Shown in pieces: positions 26,934 to 35,654 of a DNA stretch of 64,000 nt. The notes below the pieces were generated by a model, which had not been told where the DNA came from, did not search any database, and saw nothing but the letters and a program-made list of their open reading frames with translations. Each line of letters begins with the position of its first letter. Positions within the stretch are counted from its first letter, which is position 1. Source of the stretch: a virus; the IMG/VR virus record IMGVR_UViG_3300006028_000002, positions 1-64,000 of that record; one strand, 5' to 3'. A program made the position numbers and the translations under genes.

Positions 26934-29023
26934 GCCTCACCTCTCAAGATCGTCATGGCTTTTTCTACGTCTTCCCGGTAATAGCAGCGGCACCGTTGTT
27001 GCGGTGTGCAACTTACTCGGCAGCGACCATTGCGGGGTTTGATGATATCCCCGTCGTCATTACCCGGAATCGCCTTTCGCAGGGCCGTGGCCAGGCTTTC
27101 CGCACTCCAGTTCTCGCCATCACTGTTGGCGAACTCCAGAACCAATCCGCTGGCCAATACATCCACCTGATAATGATTGAGCGCCGCCTCTACCGTGTAT
27201 AGCGCGCCCGAGGGGGTAGGTGTGGGACCGGCGGCATCGATGACCGTGACCGGTTCCGGTGTGAGGTCGTCCTCGCGCGTGAACTCCAGTGCCGGCAGCA
27301 GCTTGTGCGGGCAGTTACCCTGGGCTTCCCATTCTTTGAGCCGGCGGAGTGCGCGTGCCTTGATGGCGAACGGTGCGTATCCGCGCACGTAATCAGAGCC
27401 GAATCCAGGTCCGTCCACCACGGCCTTGCCGGCGTCATTCGGGTTGCGTTCGTCCGCGGGTTGCAGCAAATGCGGTGCGTAGCCCTGGTCGCGGCGGTCT
27501 TTCCCCAGCAGGTCGACGGTATCCCGCTCGCTGCACGGGCCGATGATTTTAACCCCTACCTGTTTGTAGACAACCGAGGATCCCCAGTCCTCATTACCGC
27601 TGGCCTGGCAGGCGCCGATGATGGAGACCCCCAACTCCAGCCCGAGCCGCATGATGGTTTTCACCATCTCCAGCAGGTTGGGTTTCCGGCCGCGGTGGAC
27701 TTTCGTGCCGTCGTAGGAGACGATTTCCGGCAGTTCATCGAGCACCAGGACGATGGCCGGTCCCAGGTCGGGATTCCACTTGTCGACGTCATTGTCGGGA
27801 TCATCATCCGAGTTGATCTCTTTGAGGATCCGGTTGCGGTGATGGATCTGGGCAATGGCCCACCGCAACAGATCCTCGATCTCCTCAACGGTCTCCGCTT
27901 TGTTGTCCAGCACCGCCCGGTTATAGAGCACATCCCGCCAAGCGTCGAACCGGGCGGATTTGACGAGTGCACCCGCGCACACCACAACATCGCGCGTCGC
28001 CGAGAGCCGGTCGATGATATTGCTGAGGTGGACGGTTTTTCCACCTCGGGTTTTTGCCACCAGCAGGATGTGCCGCATTACCAGGATGAGTTCGAACAGA
28101 ACCTCCCGATTGGCGGAGGCACCCAGATCCAGCGGTTGCCAGCCGGACACCGACCCCGCCGGCAGCCACGGCGCCTCCGGCACGGTTTTCAGCGGATCGA
28201 GCAGCGGGATGAGGATCGTCTTGTCGGCGGCATTGGTGGGGCTGGTGATCAGTTGGCAGACCCCGTGCGGGGCCCGGATCCACTTTTCCAGCTCACGCAG
28301 CAGTTTGGCATCGATCTCCATGGTGGTGTGCACGTCCACCTGGAAAGCCCCTCGCCACGCATCCGGACGGATATCGTGCACCCGGATGGCGTGCTCTAGC
28401 GGGGGTTTGTGCTCGGCCAGGAATGTATCGATCTGACCCCAGAGGATCGAGGTGGGCATGCCCAGTTGCAGTGCCTCCGGCCGGCGCGGTGGTTTTTGTC
28501 GGGGTGCTCGGCCCCGGCGTCCGATCGCATCGAGCGCTGCCCACAACCCGAGCCCGGCAAGTGCCCCGGTGTAGGGGTGTTTGAGCCCGAGCCACAATCC
28601 GAGTATTGCGAGCGCGCCCAGCGCGGCGGCGAGCAGTATTCCGCGGGCCCGGCGGGCGTTGATGTGCCGTTCCTTGGCCCGGTACTGGTGTGGGCTGCCC
28701 AGGGCCAGGCGCACCCCTTCCTCATGGTGCAGCGCAGCGCCGAACGCATAGGCCCGATCAATGATCCGCAGGACACCCTCGATGGTGTACCCGCACTCGT
28801 ACCAACACCCCCGCACGCCCCGGCCGAGCAGGATGGCCAGTGCTTTCGGCACCCGGTACCAGGGATGCACGGCGTAATACGCCATCGCGCGCAACCGCCG
28901 CGGACTCACCGGCAGGGTGTGATGATCCGCAGCCCGTAACCAGGCCGGCATGCCCGCGGTCTCATCCGGCCACGAAATGAGGGCAGGGGGTACCCCGTGG
29001 CGGTGCTGGTTGCGCAGGGTCAT
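26930..29023 (-). CDS. FtsK/SpoIIIE-family DNA translocase, TraB-like
   Basis: TM helices; Walker A AKTRGGKT, Walker B IVLVLDE, GACQ; C-terminal WSAESLATALR...YYREDV resembling a TraB winged helix. Confidence 0.85.
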   Translation of the reverse strand: MTLRNQHRHGVPPALISWPDETAGMPAWLRAADHHTLPVSPRRLRAMAYYAVHPWYRVPKALAILLGRGVRGCWYECGYTIEGVLRIIDRAYAFGAALHHEEGVRLALGSPHQYRAKERHINARRARGILLAAALGALAILGLWLGLKHPYTGALAGLGLWAALDAIGRRGRAPRQKPPRRPEALQLGMPTSILWGQIDTFLAEHKPPLEHAIRVHDIRPDAWRGAFQVDVHTTMEIDAKLLRELEKWIRAPHGVCQLITSPTNAADKTILIPLLDPLKTVPEAPWLPAGSVSGWQPLDLGASANREVLFELILVMRHILLVAKTRGGKTVHLSNIIDRLSATRDVVVCAGALVKSARFDAWRDVLYNRAVLDNKAETVEEIEDLLRWAIAQIHHRNRILKEINSDDDPDNDVDKWNPDLGPAIVLVLDELPEIVSYDGTKVHRGRKPNLLEMVKTIMRLGLELGVSIIGACQASGNEDWGSSVVYKQVGVKIIGPCSERDTVDLLGKDRRDQGYAPHLLQPADERNPNDAGKAVVDGPGFGSDYVRGYAPFAIKARALRRLKEWEAQGNCPHKLLPALEFTREDDLTPEPVTVIDAAGPTPTPSGALYTVEAALNHYQVDVLASGLVLEFANSDGENWSAESLATALRKAIPGNDDGDIIKPRNGRCRVSCTPQQRCRCYYREDVEKAMTILRGEA

Positions 29024-29044
29024 GGCATATCCGGTGTAGTGATC

Positions 29045-29069
29045 GGGTTTAGCCGTGTAGTCTAAACCC
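29045..29069. promoter_or_regulatory. inverted-repeat operator candidate in the divergent gap
   Basis: GGGTTTAG-N9-CTAAACCC; also CCGGATC twice nearby. Confidence 0.55.
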
Positions 29070-29128
29070 CGGATCTATGACCGTGAATCCGGATCAGCAC
29101 TCAACTACTGGTTTTCTAGGAGGATTCC

Positions 29129-29605
29129 ATGCCAGGCAACCCGAGACGGCCCGGCTCACCCCCGGCGCGAGCACTACCCCCGCCACCGCAACCACCGCCC
29201 CGGACCGATCCGCCGGCACCCAGCAACGGAGGAAACGGGACCAATGGTGAGCCGCTCGGCAACACGATCCAGCCTGAGTGGATCTACACGGAGGGAATGA
29301 CCGCAGCCGAGGCCCTACAGTTCGTGCTGGGTGACGCGGTAACGGGCAACAACCTGGCAGACGGCGCGGCTGCGATGGCCAGAATCGCCGAGTGGCTGCG
29401 GTTGATTCCGGCGCTCCGGTCAGTGATCTTGCACCTGATGTTCAATGATTATGTACGCCGGGGGGATCGCCGGCCCGAGCACCAGCGCAACAACTGGGCG
29501 GAGGTAGCCCGCATGGCTAGGCTGCCCTATGCCACCGCCTATAAGTACGCCCACCGGGTGGAATGCTACGACACCATCCCCGGGGACGACGATGACCAGC
29601 AATAG
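29129..29605 (+). CDS. HTH regulator divergent from the translocase
   Basis: AGGAGG RBS; NWAEVARMARLPYATAYKYA. Confidence 0.7.
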   Translation: MPGNPRRPGSPPARALPPPPQPPPRTDPPAPSNGGNGTNGEPLGNTIQPEWIYTEGMTAAEALQFVLGDAVTGNNLADGAAAMARIAEWLRLIPALRSVILHLMFNDYVRRGDRRPEHQRNNWAEVARMARLPYATAYKYAHRVECYDTIPGDDDDQQ

Positions 29606-29775
29606 GAAGACGGGCCCCGAGGCTGCGCGCGCTCAGAGCCCGTCCCGTCACGGTAGGCGGAGATGAGGGGCTACCTACCGGGTGTCCCCAGACCGTCCAA
29701 GATGTCAGGCAAGGGAGGTTTCCAGGGACGGCCCTAGTCTAGCAGGCCCGTCAGCTCAGCGATTCTCTATGGAAT

Positions 29776-29805
29776 TTGACAACGGCTAGGCCAGGGGTCC
29801 ATTAT
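29776..29805 (+). promoter_or_regulatory. sigma-A type promoter for lsr2
   Basis: TTGACA-N18-CATTAT. Confidence 0.5.
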
Positions 29806-29863
29806 CGCGGGCGACATAGACCCGCGACATTAAATCATTTGACTCAAGGGAGGAACTACCTCG

Positions 29864-30340
29864 ATGGCAACCAAGACCTACACCATCATGCACGATGACC
29901 TGGACGGCACGGCGGAAAGCGACACCAACCCGGTGAGCACCGTGGAATTTGCGCTGGACGGGCAGGACTACGAGATCGACCTGGGTGGCGGGAATGCAGC
30001 CAACCTGCGCTCGATGCTGGCCCCCTTTGTCGCTGCCGCGCGCAAGGCCACCGCTAAGACAGCCACTACCGCCGCGAAGGCCACCCGGGGGACGGCTACC
30101 GCCAAGCCCGACCGGGAGCAAAATGCCGCGATCCGCACCTGGGCGCGCAGCCGGGGTGCCACGATTAGCGAGCGCGGCCGGATCCCGGCTGAAGTCACTG
30201 AGGCATATCACAAGGGTGGGGAGGCAGCCGAGCAGGCATTGCAGGTTTACATTGCCGGCCAACAGGCTCGCCTCAATGCCCAGCTGACGCAGGGGGCCAA
30301 TGGCCAGACCGCCCAGGTACCAGTGGCGGCCGGCGTGTGA
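29864..30340 (+). CDS. lsr2: Lsr2 nucleoid-associated protein
   Basis: [34 protein letters not shown]. Confidence 0.95.
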   Translation: MATKTYTIMHDDLDGTAESDTNPVSTVEFALDGQDYEIDLGGGNAANLRSMLAPFVAAARKATAKTATTAAKATRGTATAKPDREQNAAIRTWARSRGATISERGRIPAEVTEAYHKGGEAAEQALQVYIAGQQARLNAQLTQGANGQTAQVPVAAGV

Positions 30341-30360
30341 TCTTTTAACCAGGATCAGGG

Positions 30361-30399
30361 AGCCGGCCGTGGCCAGTGCGCTGCGGCCGGTTTCTTTTT
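30361..30399 (+). terminator. intrinsic terminator after lsr2
   Basis: CCGGCCG...CGGCCGG stem followed by TTTCTTTTT. Confidence 0.75.
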
Positions 30400-30423
30400 G
30401 CTCCGGTAGCTCGTCAGTACCTC

Positions 30424-30452
30424 TTGACAAGGTGCGGGGAGGTGCGTAACGT
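30424..30452 (+). promoter_or_regulatory. sigma-A type promoter
   Basis: TTGACA-N17-TAACGT just after the terminator. Confidence 0.7.
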
Positions 30453-30495
30453 CAGCAGTGTCAGGCAAGCAAGAACCGCCCAGGAGATGATTTCA

Positions 30496-30807
30496 ATGAT
30501 CACCACTAAGGTAAAGCAACTGACCGCCATGAACATCAAAGCCCTGCGCGCAATTTCTCACGACGCCGGCATGCACATCACGTTCGGCAAGACCTACGTC
30601 ATCTTCGAGGCAGCTCCCTTAGGCGCCCTCATAGCCGTCGAATCCGCCATGACCGTTGTCGCTCAAACCGAGGGCATCAACTCCACCTACAACTCGCTGC
30701 GTGCTGTGCAGCGTAAACTGGTCAGCGCCGCACCCTACCGGATCGAGGAGTTTGCCGGCGTCCGAGGCGTTACGAAGCTCACTGATTACGTCCAGATCGC
30801 CCGTTGA
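30496..30807 (+). CDS. hypothetical protein
   Basis: AGGAG RBS; first gene after the promoter. Confidence 0.65.
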   Translation: MITTKVKQLTAMNIKALRAISHDAGMHITFGKTYVIFEAAPLGALIAVESAMTVVAQTEGINSTYNSLRAVQRKLVSAAPYRIEEFAGVRGVTKLTDYVQIAR

Positions 30808-30832
30808 TCAATTGCAGAGGGAGTGATCTGAG

Positions 30833-31351
30833 ATGGCATTTAACTGGTACACCGTGCGCACGCCGGAGCAGTGGGCGATCGAGGCCGACAACTTCCGCAC
30901 CCTCGCTAAAGAATGTGCCCAGCGTTCCCGTGAATCGTTCGAGCGCTGCGATACCGATGGCTATCTATCCCAGTGGGCTGCCGACTCAATGGCCCGGCAT
31001 TACCACACCTGCGCCGAGCTCTGCGATGCCCAGGGGATGCAGGAGCGTATCGCGCTGTTTGATCTGGACGGCAAGCTGGCTGCCACGCGCATGGTTACTA
31101 CTCAGTACGGCACGGCATGGCTCACCCGGGATGGAAAATTTGTCAACCCGAGTCGCGCCAAGAAAGGCGTCACACGCTATCGCAACCTGAAGGCTAAGGG
31201 CTACACGGAGGGTACGATCCGGATTCGCTGTGGCGTGTTCTCGCGCTCGGATGGGCCTTACCAGGTGGTCGACGTTATCGAGCCGCTGCGTGACACCACC
31301 GACGTCGAGATCATCACTACGGACAACGGGATCGGGGAAAACTGGACGTGA
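30833..31351 (+). CDS. hypothetical phage protein
   Basis: 172 aa, GGGAG RBS; ESFERCDTDGYLSQWA. Confidence 0.75.
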   Translation: MAFNWYTVRTPEQWAIEADNFRTLAKECAQRSRESFERCDTDGYLSQWAADSMARHYHTCAELCDAQGMQERIALFDLDGKLAATRMVTTQYGTAWLTRDGKFVNPSRAKKGVTRYRNLKAKGYTEGTIRIRCGVFSRSDGPYQVVDVIEPLRDTTDVEIITTDNGIGENWT

Positions 31352-31466
31352 GCACAGAGCCTTTTCAGACGGACCCCTACCAGATCGAGACGCCTGTACA
31401 GGATTTGATCATCGATGTCGAGTGGCAGGGCATGGTCGACGCCGGCAATAGTGGAGAGGTTGGGAA

Positions 31467-31631
31467 ATGAGTAACCGGGTCAACGCACCGCGAAACCTCA
31501 CACCCGCCGAGCGCAACGAGTTGAATAAGAAACTCTCTGACCTTAATGCGATGTTGTCAGAGCCGGAGGACGGTCCCCAGCTGGTGGAGGCGGTAAGACA
31601 CCTGCTCAAGCAATATGGCCAGCTTCGCTAA
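31467..31631 (+). CDS. small hypothetical protein (54 aa)
   Basis: GGAGAGG RBS; my translation MSNRVNAPRNLTPAERNELNKKL... Confidence 0.45.
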   Translation: MSNRVNAPRNLTPAERNELNKKLSDLNAMLSEPEDGPQLVEAVRHLLKQYGQLR

Positions 31632-31751
31632 AAACAACTACATAGCTCGGGACTCGGGTGGGGCGCACGTGAGGCATGTGTCCGAGCGGGAGGCCGGCGC
31701 GGCGGCCGGGTTAGATTCCACCCATCACAATCAACTGGAGATGAGGACACC

Positions 31752-31949
31752 ATGTGTGAGAATACTGAGCTTGACCCAGAGGCCGAGATCTGGCTCGCCG
31801 TTTATTGCAATGCCACCGGGCATGACCGGCGAACCGCCATCGCTCGATTGACGCAAATCGGTTTGCGCAGCTGGTTGACAGAGGATCATTATCGAGGTGA
31901 GCGAACATGCGGTCGAGTGATGGCCAGTTTTCATGCAGGGACGGGGTAG
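31752..31949 (+). CDS. hypothetical protein
   Basis: GGAGATGAGG upstream. Confidence 0.5.
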   Translation: MCENTELDPEAEIWLAVYCNATGHDRRTAIARLTQIGLRSWLTEDHYRGERTCGRVMASFHAGTG

Positions 31950-31964
31950 GACAGGAGACGCATC

Positions 31965-32441
31965 ATGAAGATGCCTATTATCGATCTCAGCTCACGTGAG
32001 GGGATCGACTGGAGTCAGCCGCAACCGTTTGGTACGTGGCGCTGTGACCGAGGTTATGAGACTGACGGTTACCAATGCCTCTGCCTGCAACGGGCCACCA
32101 CCGAGGTTAATGGTGAGAACTTGTGCACCGAGCACGCGCTGATCGAGACGCTTGATCGAATCCGATGTGAACTTGCGGAATCTCGTGAAGCTGCTCAAGA
32201 GACGGCTGAGCGACTGGGTGATATCGATGCTTCGCTGGCTACGGTGTCCGACGCGCTGTGGGATATCGGGCGCACTTTGCTGCCTTTCTGGCGACGCTGG
32301 TACCGGAGTCTGCGCGCTCGACGCTGGGCGAAACGGCAAACAGATAAAACGCAGCGACGACCCTGGGGTAAGGAGATGCCGGATAGCAGCCCTGCACCGG
32401 AGATGATGCCTGAGAGTGAATTGCGAGGACTGGATCAATGA
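31965..32441 (+). CDS. hypothetical protein (Cys/His motif + coiled coil)
   Basis: AGGAG RBS; LCTEH. Confidence 0.65.
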   Translation: MKMPIIDLSSREGIDWSQPQPFGTWRCDRGYETDGYQCLCLQRATTEVNGENLCTEHALIETLDRIRCELAESREAAQETAERLGDIDASLATVSDALWDIGRTLLPFWRRWYRSLRARRWAKRQTDKTQRRPWGKEMPDSSPAPEMMPESELRGLDQ

Positions 32442-32623
32442 CTGTAGCTGAGCTGATCCAGCAACTTCAGGCGCTACCTGCCGAGCTGCCGGTGTATTTC
32501 CGGGACACTGACGGGGACTGGCTACCATGCCAATCAACGGACGTGCAGCCGCAACATTTTTATGAGATGGGGCGGTACCTTATACGGCCTGGCACTAAGT
32601 GGTTTATTACAGTCGGCGATTAA
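32438..32623 (+). CDS. hypothetical phage protein
   Basis: MTVAELIQQLQALP N-terminus; ATGA overlap. Confidence 0.7.
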   Translation: MTVAELIQQLQALPAELPVYFRDTDGDWLPCQSTDVQPQHFYEMGRYLIRPGTKWFITVGD

Positions 32624-32675
32624 TCTGATCCGCCCAACGGGGTAGGCATCGGATGAGCAGAAGGGAGGTGCCGAC

Positions 32676-32939
32676 ATGGCAGACTGGCGTGATCGTGCCG
32701 CGTGCCGCGACGAGGATCCGGAGCTTTTCTTTGCAGTCGGCACCTCCGGTCCGGCGTTGCTCCAGATTACTGAGGCCAAGGCTGTTTGCCGTCGCTGCCC
32801 TGTCAGTGCTGAGTGCTTGTCTTACGCGCTGCGCATGGGCTGCGATGACGGAGTGTTCGGCGGCATGTCTGCCGATGAAAGGCGGGCGCTCAAGCGGCGC
32901 AATGCTCGCACGGGTGCCCGCACTGGCACCAACGGATAG
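32676..32939 (+). CDS. whiB: WhiB-family Fe-S transcription factor
   Basis: WRDRAACRDEDPELFF, AKAVCRRCPV..EC, GVFGGMS..ERR. Confidence 0.95.
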   Translation: MADWRDRAACRDEDPELFFAVGTSGPALLQITEAKAVCRRCPVSAECLSYALRMGCDDGVFGGMSADERRALKRRNARTGARTGTNG

Positions 32940-33040
32940 GAGGTGATGCATGTCAGATCCCACGGGAGACCAGATAGGTGATCTCATCGATGAGGAGACC
33001 GCGCAAGCTGAGCACGATACGTTGAGCGGAGGCTAGATCG

Positions 33041-33295
33041 ATGATCGCGTTGCGCGAGCAGGCCAAAGAACTGGCGCCGCAGTTGCCTGACCCCGGTGCC
33101 TTGGTATTACGTGCCAAGCTGGCCGGGGGAACGTCGTGGCTATTGTGGCTGATTACCGCGGCGGCCTGCGGGATGATTGCTTGGCAGACCGGTCAAATCC
33201 TGGCCACCCAGCGCAGGGTGCGCGAGATCCTGGAAAGAATGGAGGATAACCAGGTGCTCTCCGGTGGTCGCTCAGTGAGAGAGTACAGCCGGTAA
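33041..33295 (+). CDS. small membrane protein
   Basis: One TM, GGAGG RBS. Confidence 0.6.
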   Translation: MIALREQAKELAPQLPDPGALVLRAKLAGGTSWLLWLITAAACGMIAWQTGQILATQRRVREILERMEDNQVLSGGRSVREYSR

Positions 33296-33356
33296 CACCA
33301 TCCCCCCGGTCACGGGATACTGATTCCCATGACCGGGGGTACCCAGTGGAGGAGAC

Positions 33357-33659
33357 ATGAATTTTAAGGATGCAGCGAAGATTGCTATTGAGGCCGCATG
33401 GGATGGCTATCGAACGCACCCGGCGGGAACCACCGTCACCCGTACCGTAGGGCCGTTGCATATGGGACTCGTGACCGAGCCCACGATGGCTGACGTTGAC
33501 CGGTGCTATTCGGTGCACGGAGTAGCGAGCGCGCGGGATCCCATGGTGCTGGTGCAATGGGGGGTCGGGCAGCGCAGCTGGGAATACACCCAGGATCTCC
33601 GGATCATCCCGGCCAACAACAACCCGCAACCCCGTGACATTCAGGCCGAGAAACCATGA
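33357..33659 (+). CDS. hypothetical protein
   Basis: GGAGGAG RBS. Confidence 0.65.
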   Translation: MNFKDAAKIAIEAAWDGYRTHPAGTTVTRTVGPLHMGLVTEPTMADVDRCYSVHGVASARDPMVLVQWGVGQRSWEYTQDLRIIPANNNPQPRDIQAEKP

Positions 33660-33994
33660 CATCCGTGATGGATCCGCACCGACCGGGGCGACTACCGCCG
33701 GGTGGGAAAACACACCGCCCGAATGAATGGCCACGCTGTCTCTCGCCTGCGCACGGCAATCCCGGACCCCGGGTACCACCCTCAGCTATTCACCCGTTTT
33801 GCGAACGCGCGGGCGAATACGGCGCGTTCTACGCCGCGGCGCACACCCATGGCCCACCGTGCTGCCCCGGCGAATGTGGCGGGTGCGGGGTGTGTCTCGA
33901 TCGGGTCGCCAGCATGTGTGATCGCTGCGCCGTGTGCGAAGGCTGCTGCCCGGGTCATGGCAAAGACGGCAAAGATGAGACCGGTGGACAATGA
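33656..33994 (+). CDS. Cys-rich metal-binding protein A
   Basis: CCPGECGGCGVCLDR..CDRCAVCEGCCPGH; ATGA overlaps. Confidence 0.7.
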   Translation: MTSVMDPHRPGRLPPGGKTHRPNEWPRCLSPAHGNPGPRVPPSAIHPFCERAGEYGAFYAAAHTHGPPCCPGECGGCGVCLDRVASMCDRCAVCEGCCPGHGKDGKDETGGQ

Positions 33995-34314
33995 TGGGCC
34001 GGCACTCGCGCAACGGCACAACGGATCGCTCGGAATGGGTACCGTGCCGTGCGCACGATTGCTGGGTACGCGTGCCGGTGGCAGCCATTCACCGTAGCCC
34101 CGGGTGTTTCCGGGCAATGGCCGGAGCAGCGCTGCTGGAGGCGGTCCGCAGACATCCGGTGCCATGCTGCCCGGGTAGCTGCCTCGGTTGCGATCGGTGC
34201 CTCGATCGGTTGGGATATCCGCAGCACTGGTGCATACGCTGTGACCGCTGCATCAATTGTTGCCCGGGACATGAGAAAGGTATGGCCAATGGAGGGACCG
34301 CAGGTAATGAATAA
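33991..34314 (+). CDS. Cys-rich metal-binding protein B (paralog of A)
   Basis: CCPGSCLGCDRCLDR...CIRCDRCINCCPGH. Confidence 0.7.
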   Translation: MMGRHSRNGTTDRSEWVPCRAHDCWVRVPVAAIHRSPGCFRAMAGAALLEAVRRHPVPCCPGSCLGCDRCLDRLGYPQHWCIRCDRCINCCPGHEKGMANGGTAGNE

Positions 34315-34690
34315 TACCGAGCTTCATTTGCTGCGGCAGACATTCCACTCCTATGTGGACGTCGCGCCAGTGGAGAAACTGATGGAGCTGGTGCGCTACC
34401 TCGCGGGTGCCCATCCCCGTTACCGGAATCAATTCGAGTGGCTGCACGTTGTGTGCCAGGCGGAGGGTGATGCGGCACCTATTCCGGCGCCCCTGGTGCT
34501 CTGTGAGGAGATCTATGACGAGCTGGAGGCCCTGGATCACATCCTGCGCTGGGTGTTGACGCAGACGGACAATAGGGCGTACCGCGCGGACATCCGCAAG
34601 CACCGCCGTGTCCTGGAACGCCTGCACAAACAGTTAGGCTTACGGCACGTGGCACCCCGACCGGTACCGGAAAGCGAGAAGATTAAATGA
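34307..34690 (+). CDS. hypothetical helical protein
   Basis: Start refined to MNNTEL. Confidence 0.65.
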   Translation: MNNTELHLLRQTFHSYVDVAPVEKLMELVRYLAGAHPRYRNQFEWLHVVCQAEGDAAPIPAPLVLCEEIYDELEALDHILRWVLTQTDNRAYRADIRKHRRVLERLHKQLGLRHVAPRPVPESEKIK

Positions 34691-35025
34691 CCGTGGCCAG
34701 CCTGACCACTCCCCAACAGCGGCCCCGCGAACTGCTGGGATTCATCTCGATTGCGGCGATGTTCGGCGTCACCCCCAACACGGTGTACGTATGGATCAGC
34801 CGGGGCAACGATCCCGACTGGCCGGGGGTGCCGCCGTTTCCCGAGCCCGACTACGTGACGCGTACAGGGAGCGGACTGGTGCTGAGCTGGGAACCCGAGC
34901 GGGAACCGGAGATCCGGGCCTGGAGAAAGAGGCTACCCGGGCGGGGCTGGCGGAAAGGCAAGCGGGGGGATCCGCGCGTTATCCAGAGGAAAGGCACAAG
35001 CCATGACCGAATCGAAACCACCTAA
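34687..35025 (+). CDS. AlpA/excisionase-like HTH protein
   Basis: IAAMFGVTPNTVYVWISR..FPEPD...W....IRAW. Confidence 0.75.
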   Translation: MTVASLTTPQQRPRELLGFISIAAMFGVTPNTVYVWISRGNDPDWPGVPPFPEPDYVTRTGSGLVLSWEPEREPEIRAWRKRLPGRGWRKGKRGDPRVIQRKGTSHDRIETT

Positions 35026-35224
35026 AGCCGCAGTAGAACGGCATCACGAGCCCTACATCATCACGGGCGCTAGCGGCGATTTCCACCAGGCACGCTGCGA
35101 CACCCCCGGATGCACATGGGAGAGCCCCGAATTCGATGGCCGCCGATACCTCGCCGAGAATGCCGCAGAGGAACACATCAGAGCATGTGCCTACTGGCCC
35201 GGGACGGCACCGCATGTCGACTGA
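35003..35224 (+). CDS. small C2H-type hypothetical protein
   Basis: ARC..PGCTW...AEEH. Confidence 0.55.
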   Translation: MTESKPPKAAVERHHEPYIITGASGDFHQARCDTPGCTWESPEFDGRRYLAENAAEEHIRACAYWPGTAPHVD

Positions 35225-35474
35225 TCCTATGACCCGTAGGCAGGAGCGTCTCATCGAGGGATACGGACGCTATGATCCGCCGCACCAGGATCACATCGGC
35301 TGCCCTCGCGCCAAAACAGATATGACGCCCTGCGTCGCCCGGGACGGCATCGCCGCGTGCGGGGATAATCACCGTTGCATCGGTTGCCAACGGCACCCAG
35401 CTGAGTTGCTCACTGAACTGGTGCGCACCGTCACGTCACTGGTGCTACTGGCCAACGAAACGGATTTGCTGTGA
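35214..35474 (+). CDS. Cys-containing hypothetical protein
   Basis: CPRAKTDMTPCVARDG..C...CIGC. Confidence 0.6.
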   Translation: MSTDPMTRRQERLIEGYGRYDPPHQDHIGCPRAKTDMTPCVARDGIAACGDNHRCIGCQRHPAELLTELVRTVTSLVLLANETDLL

Positions 35475-35635
35475 TGACATCGCGCGTATGGGTAATCCCT
35501 CTTTTTGCGGCGGTGTGCGGTAGTTGCTTAGCGATGCTCACCTACGCGTTGGGCGCACCGTTTGTGGTGGCTCTGATCATGTCTATTTCTGTGACGTTGT
35601 TCGTGGGATTCATGATGTTGCTGATCATAAGCTGA
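35474..35635 (+). CDS. small membrane protein (53 aa)
   Basis: Almost wholly hydrophobic; TGATG overlap. Confidence 0.5.
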   Translation: MTSRVWVIPLFAAVCGSCLAMLTYALGAPFVVALIMSISVTLFVGFMMLLIIS

Positions 35636-35654
35636 AATGGAGTTGCTGTGAATG

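Noticed and set aside
27305-28399. 364-aa plus-strand ORF
   Set aside because: Shadow of the FtsK/TraB gene.
26930-29023. FtsK-like ATPase as the packaging motor
   Set aside because: Siphovirus-type tail genes imply terminase packaging, and the gene is membrane-anchored and far from the structural genes. The terminase itself is outside the window, so this is not fully excluded.
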